Made by a program: the position numbers and the translations under genes. From Anthoceros angustus (Eukaryota; Plantae; Anthocerotophyta), in assembly GCA_010909165.1 (NCBI GenBank), contig MU008166.1:1-64000 (forward strand): DNA of 64,000 bases, written 5' to 3'. The notes beneath the pieces were generated by a model that saw nothing but the letters and a program-made list of their open reading frames with translations, searched no databases and was not told the DNA's origin. Positions within the stretch are counted from its first letter, which is position 1; each line of letters opens with the position of its first letter. Positions 1 to 12,207 of the stretch are shown here, piece by piece.

Positions 1-126
1 TGGGTAAAGGGAAGACCCCTAGCAAAATCCAAGACGCAACCAAAATGTCCTGCCTAGGTCCGTGAGGGCAATGCCCTATGATCTCGAGGCTGGGGAGGCT
101 GTGGAGGGTGGCCGGGAGAGTTAGCT

Positions 127-340
127 AGAAGAGTGGAAGAGGTAGATTAGAGAAGAGAGGAGAAGAGAGGAGAAAAGAGAGAAAAGAGAAAAGAGAGAGA
201 GAGAGAGAGCGAGAGAGGACGGAGAGAGGAGCTAGAGAGGATAGGGAGCAAGAGAGGAGAAGGAAGGAGCAAGAGAGAAAAGAGAAAAGACAAAAAGAGA
301 AGAGAGGAGGAGAAAAACCTAGAAAAGAGAGGGGAAGGTG
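127..340. repeat. Polypurine (GA/AG-rich) low-complexity tract
   Basis: About 210 bp almost exclusively A/G on the + strand, including a (GA)n run. The Leu/Ser/Phe-rich ORFs here are by-products of the repeat. Confidence 0.9.
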
Positions 341-1917
341 AAATTTCAAGGGTCAGGATAAGAGACGCACTGCAACCGCAACCGCACTGCGAGCTTCCAC
401 CGTCGCTTTCAACCGAGCCCCGATCCCACTTCACAAGACGGCTAGCAACCGACCCCATACTAAAGCTAGATTCAAAATCAAGGGTGCACCAAACCGTGGC
501 CAAAAAATGAACCCCTTTATCACCACTCACCCGGTCAATGACCACTTTCTTGCCGTTTTCACCTGAAGGTTAGTTCTCACCTCGCGATTAATTTTCCTAC
601 TAGGATTTTCTGAGTAGACATTTTTCATATTCATTCCATATATTTAAAACTCCATCAATTTCATATTTTCATTAAATATCATCAAATATTCTTTTTCCAT
701 AATTATTTTATCCTAAGCTCAAAATTTACTCAAGAAGTAAATCAGCTTTAATTTTTACTGGGGAATCATTATCCATATTTTCTTTTGCTAATTCTATAGC
801 TCTCAACACTATCTACAACTTTGCTTCACATTGTATAGTGTAAACACGAATTGAAGGTCCTCATTTTCAAATCCTTGTACTGAAACTATTTACGAAGTTT
901 GTCATTTTATATCTCCTTCATGAAAAATCCAATGACAATGAAACTTGGTCCATGTACTTCATACTACTTTTTAAGACTACTCAAAAAAAAGGGAGTCTAT
1001 TACTATTGTCATGTGCGAGATATTTCAAATTCTTCTAAAGGTGACAAAAAGTGACACGTTGCCCTTGTTTCGTCTGTTACCACTGTTAGTGAATACTCAA
1101 ACCATGCATGCACCCTCTTGCCTCGTTGAGGTGGATTGGGAGCGTGCTGGCCATGCAGGGATGTGTATACTATTGAACGCCTAACTCCTTGTTGCCGCTA
1201 GGAAGGCCTCATGGCGATCTCCGCGGACAAGAAAACTCGCAGGCCTCCGATCCTAATTTCTCAAGCCGATGAACATTGTGTACGCCAGACCGTCCTTCCT
1301 CGTTGATAAGCTATAGCAACGCTTGACGAGCTCTTCTCAGAGTGGATGATGGGATGGACCCATTCATGGCTCCTTCTAAGATGTCGGGTCCAGATTCACG
1401 CCAAGAACGCCTCCTTAGTTAGCTCTGGTTGGTATAGTTTTTCTCTACTGCTTAATTCCACCGTCTTTGACTAAAGGGGTATGCATACCGAACTCACAAT
1501 ATAATATGATTTATTTTTCTCGAAAACATGCTAAGATCACTTAGAGAGGCTTGCTATTAAATTTATTGTTCTCTAGAGTTCTATTCCTGTAGAATTAGTT
1601 ATGACATTGAAATAGTCACTAGTGAGTATCATTCTAGGTAGAATGAGCTTATTCTAAATGGCGACAAAAACAAAGCTCATTCTTTCCAAGAATCACTAGC
1701 AAAAATAAGAATGATGGAAGATATTAATTTCGAATGTATATATACATATGTATATGCACACGCTTTGTAACCTAAATGTTACATATACTCATATCATTTT
1801 AAATAAAATTTTCATATACACGCATATCGCTACCTAAGCAAGCTTCCACCTTTAACTCAAAGCGCTTACAATTGTTTTTCAATGATAACCTCCGTATATC
1901 AATTCCACACAATCTAG

Positions 1918-2496
1918 CTACGGAGATGGAGAGGGTGCACATATTGTTAATCATGAGTCTTGGCAGCACTTCCCATTGCACTCTACATGATCCGGGACAA
2001 ACTACAAATGGAGCGACATGATCCGGAGGTGGAGATGGAGCAGTGAACCACACAATGTTCCCCGGTCTGCTTGGAAATATTCCCGAGTACATAACATAGA
2101 TGGGGCATCTCCTTTCGGCTCACTTGGCATGAATTCAAATGCAAACTCATGATCCGCTGGGGTGGAGCAAGCACATGGTGTCAACCACGGATCTCGCATG
2201 AGTTCCCAATCCAAGTGATCTTGCGACAATCCACGATGGAGCTTCCACTTTCACAAATCTCCCAAGCTATGCGCACCTTTGACGCCGCAACATCCGAATC
2301 CGTGATGGAGCCTACATCACATTTTACAATCAAGGCGTGATAGCCGGCCTATAGATTTGAAGTAAAAATAAAAAACAATTAACTCACTATTCTAATCCGT
2401 GCAATCTATCTCTAGATGTCATACCATCAGATGCCCACTCGCCACAATTGCCGCAATCCATAGGAAACATAACAAGATACACAAGGATGTCTTCAT
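1918..2496 (-). CDS. Putative secreted Cys/Pro-rich protein, array copy 1 (2 exons; frameshifted as assembled)
   Basis: ATG at 2496 opens MKTSLCILLCFLWIAAIVASGH (signal-peptide-like). Intron 2424-2349 runs from GTATGA through a T-rich tract to CTATAG. Exon 2 ends CCATCTCCGTAG (PSP*). A TATATATA lies ~90 bp upstream. Confidence 0.55.
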
Positions 2497-4069
2497 TGGA
2501 ATGAAAGAAAGAGCCAAACAACAAGATAAAAATATATATATGGAACCTTCCAAGGAAGCTTAGGGAGACCTCATCACCTCACATATATATAGGCACGAAC
2601 TGATCTCGATCACAAGAAATCAAAACAATTTATATTGTCGATTATAAAATAAAATAGATTTCTAATCTAAATTTAAATCCAAGTAAATAAAATATTCAAT
2701 ATATGTACATAGATAGCTTAAGAGAGGTGTAGCGGACATGGGGTCTCTATGCTAAGGTCATATGATGAAAATTGAGAAGAAGCTTTAGGTGTTGCAATTA
2801 CAAGCGTTGGCGATAACATAAGTGCGTGTCAAGTACCGTGACCGTGTTTGGTGTTCGAGTCTTATGACTTATGACCGTATGTATGAAAAGTCAGTAGTTG
2901 AGGGCACGACTGCAGCATGTAACTGACCGGAAGGTCGAAATGCCCGCCGATGGCAAAGGCAGCCGTGGCACTTTGTGCTTGCATGCCGTGGTGAGATTGA
3001 AGTCCTCATCTACTACCTGGAGGAGGATTTTACCTGTGGCACCAAGAGTCAACCTGTGAGCTTCAAGGCGCTTTCTTCGTGGCGTCTTCTTCTCCCTCAT
3101 GGATGTTTGCATGCTCGTTGAAGAAATGGATCATGCATCTTGTTGTTGGGATTGATCCGCTGCTTTGCGCCTTTTTGTGAGACCCGCAGGTGGAACAAAA
3201 TTTCTTTCAATTCAATTCAAATTCTGTTGGCGAGAGGTGGCGGAAGCCAGCTCTTGCCCTCGTTGAGGTGGATTGGGAGCGTTGGCCATGCCAAGGGATG
3301 TGTATACTATTGGGCACCGCCCACCCTTCTCGTAACGCCTCCTTGTTGCCGCTAGGAAGGCCTGCGATCTCCGCGACAAGAAAACCTCGCAGGCCTCCGA
3401 TCCTAATTTCTCAAGCCGATGAACATTGTGTACGCAGACCGCCTTCCTCGTAAGCTATAGCAACGTTTGACGAGCTCTTCTCGCAGAGTGCGGATGATGG
3501 GATGGACCCATTCATGGCTCCTTCTAAGATGTCGGGTCCGATTCACGCCAAGAACGCGCCTCCTTAGTTAGCTCGGTTGGTATAGTTTTTCTACTGCTTA
3601 ATTCCACCGTCTTTGACTAAAGGGCGATGCATACTCGAACTCACAATATAATATGATTTATTTTTCTCGCAAAACATGCTAAGATCACTTAGAGAGGCTT
3701 GCTATTAAATTTATTGTTCTCTAGCACAGAGTTCTATTCCTCAGAATTAGTTATGACATTGAAATAGTCACTAGTGAGTATCATTCTAGGTAGAATGAGC
3801 TTATTCTAAATGGCGACAAAAACAAAGCTCATTCTTTCCAAGAATCACTAGCAAAAATAAGAATGATGGAAGATATTAATTTCTAATGTATATATACATA
3901 TGTATATGCACACGCTTTGTAACCTAAATGTTACATATACTCATATCATTTTAAATAAAATTTGCATATACACGCACACGCTACCTACAAGCAAGCTTCC
4001 ACCTTTAACTCAAAGCGCTTACAATTGTTTTTCAATGATAACCTCAGATATCAATTCCACACAATCTAG

Positions 4070-4648
4070 CTACGGAGATGGAGGGTGCAGACATATTGTT
4101 AATCATGGAGTCTTGGCAGCACTTCCCATTGCACTCTACATGATCCGCGGACATACTACAAATGGAGCGACATGATCCGGAGGTGGAGATGGAGTGTGAA
4201 CCACACAATGTTCCTCTCTCCTTGAAATATTCCCGAGTACATAACATAGATGGGGCATCTCCTTTCGCTCACTTGGCATGAATTCAAATGCAAACTCATG
4301 ATCCCGTGGAGCAAGTGCAAGACATGGTGTCAACCACGGATCTCGGGCATGAGTTCCCAATCCAAGTGATCTTGCACAATCCATGATGGAGCTTCCACTT
4401 TCACAAATCTCCCAAGCTATGCGCACCTTTGACGCGCAACATCCGAATCCGTGATGGAGCCTACATCACATTTTACAATCAAGGTACGTGATAGCCGGCC
4501 CATAGATTTGAAGTAAAAATAAAAAAAACAATTAACTCACTATTCTAATCCGTGCAATCTATCTCTAGATGTCATACCATCGATGCCCACTCGCCACAAT
4601 TGCCGCAATCCATAGGAAACATAACAAGATACACAAGGATGTCTTCAT
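4070..4648 (-). CDS. Putative secreted Cys/Pro-rich protein, array copy 2 (frameshifted as assembled)
   Basis: Same exon/intron layout as copy 1. ORF fragments include AWEICESGSSIMDC, DHEFAFEFMPSE and DHVECNGKCCQDSMINNMSAPS. Confidence 0.5.
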
Positions 4649-6304
4649 TGGAATGAAAGAAAGAGCCAAACAACAAGATAAAAATATATATATGGAACCT
4701 TCCAAGGAAGCTTAGGGAGACCTCATCGCCTCACATATATATAGGCTCGAGCAACCGATCTCGATCACAAGAAATCAAAACAATTTATATTGTCGATTAT
4801 AAAATAAAATAGATTTCTAATCTAAATTTAAATCCAAGTAAATAAAATATTCAATATATGTACATAGATAGCTTAAGAGAGGTGTAGCGGACATGGGGTC
4901 TCTATGCTAAGGTCATATGATGAAAATTGAGAAGAAGCTTTAGGTGTTGCAATTACAAGCGTGATGATAACATAAGGTACGTATCACTGGACCGTTTGGT
5001 GTTCGAGTCTTATGACTTATGACCGAAGGAAAAGTCAGTTGAGGGCACGGACCGGGTAAGCATGCACGACCGAAGGTCGAAATGCCCGCCGATGGCAAAG
5101 GCCGGCCGAGCCGTGGCAATCGCTTGTGCTTGCATGCCGTGTGAGATTGAAGTCCCCTGCCATCTACTCTGGAGGAGGAGGATTTTACCTGCGGCACCAA
5201 GAGCAACTCGTGAGCTTCCAAGGCGCTTTCTTCGGCCTTCTTCCTCCCTCATGGATGTTTGCATGCTCAAGAAATGGATCATGCATCTCTGGGATTGATC
5301 CGCCGCTTTGCGCCTCCTTTTGTGAGACCCGCAGAGGTGGAACAAAATTTCTTTCAATTCAATTCAAATTGTGGCAAGAGGTGGCGGAGAAGCTTGCGGC
5401 TCTTGCCCTCGCTGAGGTGGATTGGGAGCGTCCATGCCAAGGGATGTATACTATTGGGCACCGCCCACCCTCTCGCGCCTCCTTGTTGCCGCTAGGAAGG
5501 CCTATGCGATCTCCGCGACAAGAAAACCTCGCAGGCCTCCGATCCTAATTTCTCGCCGATGAACATTGTACGCCACCGCCTTCCTCGCTGATAAGCTATA
5601 GCAACGCTTGACGAGCTCTTCTCGCAAAGAGCGGATGATGGGATGGACCCATTCATGGCTCCTTCTAAGATGTTTGGTCCGATTCACGCCAAGAACGCGC
5701 TCTCCTTAGTTAGCTCGGTTGGTATAGTTTTTCCTACTGCTTAATTCCACCGCCTTTGACTAAAGGCGTATACTCGAACTCAATATAATATGATTTATTT
5801 TTCTCGCAAAACATGCTAAGATCACTTAGAGAGGCTTGCTATTAAATTTATTGTTCTCTAGTCGCAGAGTTCTATTCTCAGAGAATTAGTTATGACATTG
5901 AAATAGTCACTAGTGAGTATCATTCTAGGTAGAATGAGCTTATTCTAAATGGCGACAAAACAAAGCTCATTCTTTCCAAGAATCACTAGCAAAAATAAGA
6001 ATGATGGAAGATATTAATTTGTAATGTATATATACATATGTATATGCAATACGCTTGTAACCTAAATGTTACATATACTCATATCATTTTAAATAAAATT
6101 TTCATATACACGCACACGCTACCTACAAGCAAGCTTCCACCTTTAACTCAAAGCGCTTACAATTGTTTTTTCAATGATAACCTCAGATATCAATTCCACA
6201 CAATCTAGCTACGGAGATGGAGAGGCAAAGACATATTGTTAATCGGAGTCTTGGCAGACTTCCCATTGCACTCTACATGATCCGCGGACATACTTCGAAT
6301 GTAT

Positions 6305-6697
6305 TGTCACGATAAAGTGACTCCGATCGGCACCAAGCCTAAGACCCCACACCGACGTAAGGAGGCCGACACGCCTGACGCAGCCGCCTGCAGTGAGAGG
6401 GCCTGACACTCTGTGGTACCCACACTGGGTCTCACGAGCCAGAGGATAGCTGCTAGCGCTGTAATCAGGTCGAATCGCCATCCTGCATTCCCACCCGTTA
6501 GGTGCTAACCCCTTCACGTCCCGTAGATAGGAAAACCTGCTACTAACCAATCGATGTAAATAACTGCCGATCGCCTAACAAGCTGGATGTTCTTGGTCCG
6601 TAAGGACCGAGGTGTATAAAACCCACAACAGAATGAAGCCGATTCGAGCACATCACGGAGCCTCGCTCCCGCGGTCCTCGCAGCTTGGGCCGTAGCA
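6305..6697 (+). mobile_element. LTR of a Ty3/gypsy retrotransposon (copy 1)
   Basis: Begins TGTCAC, ends GCA and contains GTATAAAA. Immediately followed by TGGTATC(-)GAGCC (tRNA-iMet PBS-like) and gag-like sequence. Confidence 0.8.
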
Positions 6698-6700
6698 TCT

Positions 6701-6713
6701 TGGTATCGAGCCC
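6701..6713 (+). promoter_or_regulatory. Primer-binding site, tRNA-iMet type (also at ~11076 and ~12588)
   Basis: TGGTATCGAGCC versus canonical TGGTATCAGAGC, located 3 nt after the LTR-terminal CA. Confidence 0.75.
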
Positions 6714-7459
6714 CGCGATCTTCAACAATGATGGCTCACGGAGGGACCCAGACCATCACCATATGACACCGATCGCTCAAGCGTGGCGGCGAGGAGGAGC
6801 CAATCGCTTCTGGTTGCGTGGCGGCCTCGGTTCTTCCCGCCCGGTGACGGGACGCCCACAGCGGTCGGACGCTCCTCTCCCGTGCCGCAGCCGAGACAAT
6901 CAGTGGCGGCTCGCGGCCCGCCCGTCCGGGCCACGAGGATCCATGTGATCCCACCATCCCGGAGGTGGAGATGGAGGTGAACCACACAATGTTCCTGCGG
7001 TCTCCGGTTGGAAATATTCCCGAGTACATAACATAGATGGGGCATCTCCTTTCGGCTCACTTGGCATGAATTCAAATGCAAACTCATGATCCAAGTTGGG
7101 GTGGAGCAAGTGCAGACATGGTGTCAACCACGGATCTCCTGCATGAGTTCCCAATCCAAGTGATCTTGCGACAATCCATGATGGAGCTTCCACTTTCACA
7201 AATCTCCCAAGCTTGGCGATGCACCTTTGACGCAACATCCGATCCGTGATGGAGCCTACATCACATTTTACAATCAAGGTACGTGATAGCCTATAGATTT
7301 GAAGTAAAAATAAAAAACAATTAACTCACTATTCTAATCCAATCTATCTCTAGATGTCATACCATCGATGCCCACTCGCCACAATTGCCGCAATCCATAG
7401 GAAACATAACAAGATACACAAGGATGTCTTCATTGGAATGAAAGAAAGAGCCAAACAAC

Positions 7460-8995
7460 AAGGACATCCGGCGGTAAGGAGGTGCGGCTCTATGATGCAG
7501 GCGGGAGGCCCGGAAGGGTCGGGCCTACCAGAGCAACTCGAGTCCCAAGAGGACACTGTCCCTCGGACCCAGCGCCTCGATAAAAATTACAGTAAGATCG
7601 TAACCACGACCTTCAATGGAAACGAAAAGATGCACAAGCGGTTCATGATCCGGACAAGCCGGACAAGTACCTCGGCCTCGGAGAAGGACGACCAGCGGAA
7701 GATACAATTCTGCGTGATGTATTGGAAGAATGCAGCGTCGTTGGTGGAAGCGGAGGAAAAGCAAGTAGAATTGGGCATGGAAGCCCCATCTACTCGGCCC
7801 TCCTTCCGCCAAATCTTCCTCGAACACTTCACCGTCAACCACGAGGCTGTATCACCGATTGGAAGATTCACCTGACAAATGCATGCAAGAATCTGCGATA
7901 AAATTTGCGGCTAACCTTGGACATGCCCGCTGGGCGAGCAATCGGCGCTTCATCGATGGTGAAATTCGACCTTGAGCCGGCGTCAACCGGCAGCACCGGT
8001 GAGCAATGAAAGCAGCGATTAATTACGGCAATAACAAGTACAAGCATGCCAACACCCAACTGCGAAGCCCAAATGGGGACAAGCGCAAACGCGATGGAAA
8101 AGAAACCGACCTTCAAGCTCTTGGCGAGGAGGAGGCGGAAGAAATGTCGGGACAAACACATGTGCTTCACATGTGCCTCCACCGACCACGGGTCAGTCAT
8201 GCCCACCGTCGGGACTTCATCAAGCGGCTCAAAGGCGGGCGGACCACCCGCCCCTCGGTGGGATCGGAGTAAGCCAAGAGCAACCGAGGTCAAGATCGAG
8301 GAGATCGAGGAACCCCAATCAGCTTGTAGCGCGGGTCGGCCAAACCTCCGACCGACTTCCACATCTGAGTCAAGATGCGATGAAGCATCGGAGGAGGCGA
8401 ACCGGATGGACTCGGGGAGCCAGCCACCATTTCATCTCGCAGCGGCCAACCGCAGTATCCTCATCGTGACACGGACGAGTGTCGACGGTGGTCACCGCGC
8501 TGAACGGCAAGGAGACCGACAAGGAGCGGAGCGCCACCGCCACCGTGGTTTTTCCCGGAGGCACCAAGAGGAACTGGAGTTCACGGTCGTGCCCCTTTGC
8601 CACGATCTCATCGTCGGCAAGCGGTGCCCACCACTCCAAGCACCGCAAATTGACCGGCACACAACACGGTTAGGCACAAGTCGGTGGCACCCAATATGTC
8701 ATGCGGAGACGGATACATCCCGACAAATTGTTGTTTGCGTGATCGGCCCTCAATAAAGCCCAGGCGTTATACATCGCCGGCTCAAGAGAGTCTTACCTCG
8801 GAGGTACAGGCAGTCCGGGCCACTCGGGCCGCCGACACGGAGGTCGCACTTCCGCAGCCATGAAGGATCGCTCACGAGTCGCCGACCGGTTCGAGCCGCC
8901 CGAACTTCCCCACGGCATGGACCACGCCATCGAGCTCGCCCGCACAAACCGTTAGTATACCGCCTTATCGCACGGTGCTGCGTAGCGAAGAAATC
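7460..8995 (+). mobile_element. Ty3/gypsy gag-protease-RT(N-term) fragment
   Basis: Zinc-knuckle-like MCFTCASTDH. Sequence is shared with 13.3-14.6 kb and 17.5-19 kb. Ends in the RT-upstream PPYR..SEEIK segment. Confidence 0.75.
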
Positions 8996-10695
8996 AAAAC
9001 AATTTATATTGTCGATTATAAAATAAAATAGATTTCTAATCTAAATTTAAATCCAAGTAAATAAAATATTCAATATATGTACATAGATAGCTTAAGAGAG
9101 GTGTAGCATGGGGTCTCTATGCTAGGTCATATGATGAAAATTGAGAAGAAGCTTTAGGTGTTGCAATTACAAGCGCGATAACACATAAGGTACGACCAAG
9201 TACTGTGACCGTGTTTGGTGTTGAGTCTGACTTATGACCGATGTGTATGAAAAAAAGTCGTGAGTTGAGGGCACCGGACCGGGTAAGCATGCACCGACGA
9301 AGGTCGAAATGCCCGCCGATGGCAAAGGCCTCGAGCAATCGCTTGTGCTTGCATGCCGGTGAGATTGAAGTCCCTGCTATCTACTCGACCGGAGGAGGAT
9401 TTTACCTGCAAGGCACCAAGAGCCGAACTCGTGAGCTTCCAAGGCGCTTTCTTGTGCCTTCTTCCTCCCTCATGGATGTTTGCATGCTCTTGAAGAAATG
9501 GATCATGCATCTGCTGGGATTGATCCGCTTTGCGCTCTCCTTTGTGGAGACCCAGGGTGGAACAAAATTCTTCAATTCAATTCAATTCTGTGGCAAGAGG
9601 TGGAGAAGCTTGTGCTCTTGCCCTCGCTGAGGTGGATTGGGAGCGTCGCCATGCCAAGGGATGTATACTATTGCACCGCCCAATTCTCTCAACGCCTCCT
9701 GTTGCCGCTTAGGAAGGCCTCGCGCGATCTCCGCGACAAGAAACCTCGGGCCTCCGATCCTAATTTCTGCCGATGAACATTGTGTACGGACCGCCCTTCC
9801 TCGCTGATAAGCTATAGCAACGCTTGACGAGCTCTTCTCGCAGAGTGCGGATGATGGATGGACCCATTCATGGCTCCTTCTAAGATGTCGGGGTCCTGAT
9901 TCACGCCAAGAACGCTCTCCTTAGTTAGCGTTGGTATAGTTTTTCTACTGCTTAATTCCACCCGCCTTGACTAAAGGCGACCGAACTCCATAAAATATAA
10001 TATGATTTATTTTTTTCGCAAAACATGCTAAGATCACTTAGAGAGGCTTGCTCGTGTCGCCCTTGATTCGTGATCGTGGCCAAACCCGACGTGGAGGTTG
10101 TGCGTCGATTAGCGGCGAACAAGGCAACCATCGAACGTACCGATGCCCGTAATCGATGAGATTACGGACCAACTCCATGGGACACGTTACTTCACCAAGA
10201 TCGACCGAGGTCGGTTTTACCGATCGTAATCCGGAAGGCGATGAACATTGTGTACGCCGTGACCGCCCTTCCTCGTTGATAAGCTATAGCAACGCTTGAT
10301 TTAAGCTCTTCTCGCAGAGCGCGGATGATGGGATGGACCCATTCATGGCTCCTTCTAAGATGTCGGGGTCCGATTCACGCCAAGAACGCTCTCCTTAGTT
10401 AGCCTGCTTGGTATAGTTTTTCTCGCCGCTTAATTCCACCGCCTTGACTAAAGGCGATGCATACCGAACTCACAATATAATATGATTTATTTTTTCTCGC
10501 AAAGTCACTTAGAGGCTTGCTATTAAATTTATTGTTCTCTGCAGTTCTATTCTGTAGAATTAGTTATGACATTGAAATAGTCACTAGTCATTCTAGGTAG
10601 AATGAGCTTATTCTAAATGGCAAAAAAACAAAGCTCATTCTTTCCAAGAATCACTAGCAAAAATAAGAATGATGGAAGATATTAATTTGTGAATG

Positions 10696-11630
10696 TGTCA
10701 CATCACTTGATCGCACCAAGAAGTTCCAAGACCCCACGACGTAAAGGGCCAGCCAAACACAGATTTTTCGCTTGCAGCCAGAGGGCCTGACACTCAGTGG
10801 TACTCCACACTCCATCGGACATACATGCCAAAGCGTAATGGTGTCGAATCGCTCTGTTCCCACCCGTTAGGGGTGCTAACCCCTTCACGTCCCGTAGATA
10901 GGAAAACCCCGCTACTAACCAATCGATGCAAATAGACTGCACTGCCCAACAAGTGGATGTTCTTGGTCCGTAAGGACCGAGGTGTATAAAACCCACCAGA
11001 AATGAAAGCATCAGCCGATTCGAGGAGCACATCACGAGCCTGCCTCCCGCGGTCCTCGCATGGGTCAGAGCATCTTGGTATCGAGCCCCGCGATCTTCAA
11101 CAATGATGGCTCACGGAGGGACCCAGACCATCACCATATGACACCGATCGCTCAAGACGAGGAGGAGCCAATCGCCATCGGCGTAGGGCGGCCCTGATTC
11201 TTCCCCGTCACCAAGACGACCGGACGCCACCCCACTCCGGACGCCTTCCCTCCAGACGGCCGAGACAATCCCAAAAGGCGTGACGCCTCGCTGCCGCCCC
11301 GTCCGGGCCACGAGGATCCATGTGATCCCACCATCCCGAGGCCGCCGCCACGGGTGGAGGTCTTTCGACGACATCCTAATCTACACAAGCGATCGGAGGA
11401 ACACTATCGATTATTCCGGCGAGTCATGGAACTCCTTGGAAGCATAATCTCTGGCAAAAGAAGCAAGTGCGTCTTTATGCGGGAAAAATCACGACAGGGC
11501 ACATCATACGTGCGGCGGTATCTCGATCGACACCCGCAAAACCAAGGCGATTATGGAGTGGCCCTTCCAGGGCGTGATCGGTGCGAGGCTTCCTCGGCAT
11601 GGCGGTTTCTACCGAGTTCGTCCATTTGAT
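10696..11630 (+). mobile_element. Ty3/gypsy LTR (10696-11072), PBS, gag start and an RT fragment
   Basis: LTR homologous to 6305-6697. Jumps at ~11340 into the RT VEVFFDDILIY-like segment. Confidence 0.75.
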
Positions 11631-12207
11631 CATGCCATGCCAAGGGATGTATACTATTGCACCGCCCAATTCTCTCAACGCCTCCTGTTGCCGCTTAGGA
11701 AGGCCTCGCGCGATCTCCGCGACAAGAAACCTCGGGCCTCCGATCCTAATTTCTGCCGATGAACATTGTGTACGGACCGCCCTTCCTCGCTGATAAGCTA
11801 TAGCAACGCTTGACGAGCTCTTCTCGCAGAGTGCGGATGATGGATGGACCCATTCATGGCTCCTTCTAAGATGTCGGGGTCCTGATTCACGCCAAGAACG
11901 CTCTCCTTAGTTAGCCTGCTTGGTATAGTTTTTCTCGCCGCTTAATTCCACCGCCTTGACTAAAGGCGATGCATACCGAACTCACAATATAATATGATTT
12001 ATTTTTTCTCGCAAAGTCACTTAGAGGCTTGCTATTAAATTTATTGTTCTCTGCAGTTCTATTCTGTAGAATTAGTTATGACATTGAAATAGTCACTAGT
12101 CATTCTAGGTAGAATGAGCTTATTCTAAATGGCAAAAAAACAAAGCTCATTCTTTCCAAGAATCACTAGCAAAAATAAGAATGATGGAAGATATTAATTT
12201 GTGAATG

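Larger units (their letters stand above)
6209..7433 (-). pseudogene. Secreted Cys/Pro-rich protein copy interrupted by gypsy LTR/gag sequence (~6295-6957)
   Basis: Signal-peptide exon at 7433 (visible inside ORF 7350..7556). Exon 2 is split by LTR, PBS and gag start. Confidence 0.5.

Noticed and set aside
125-545. Leu/Ser/Phe-rich 'membrane protein' ORFs
   Set aside because: Translations of the polypurine tract.
545-1091. Possible CACTA transposon end (..CACTGTTAGTG at 1091) bordering the array
   Set aside because: Only a 5-bp terminal word with no partner end, TSD or transposase in the window. It cannot be supported.
1918-2496. Assigning the secreted protein to the S-protein homologue (SPH) family
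   Set aside because: TLIVKC and F.F.F look similar, but spacing and Cys pattern do not fit well, so it is left unassigned.
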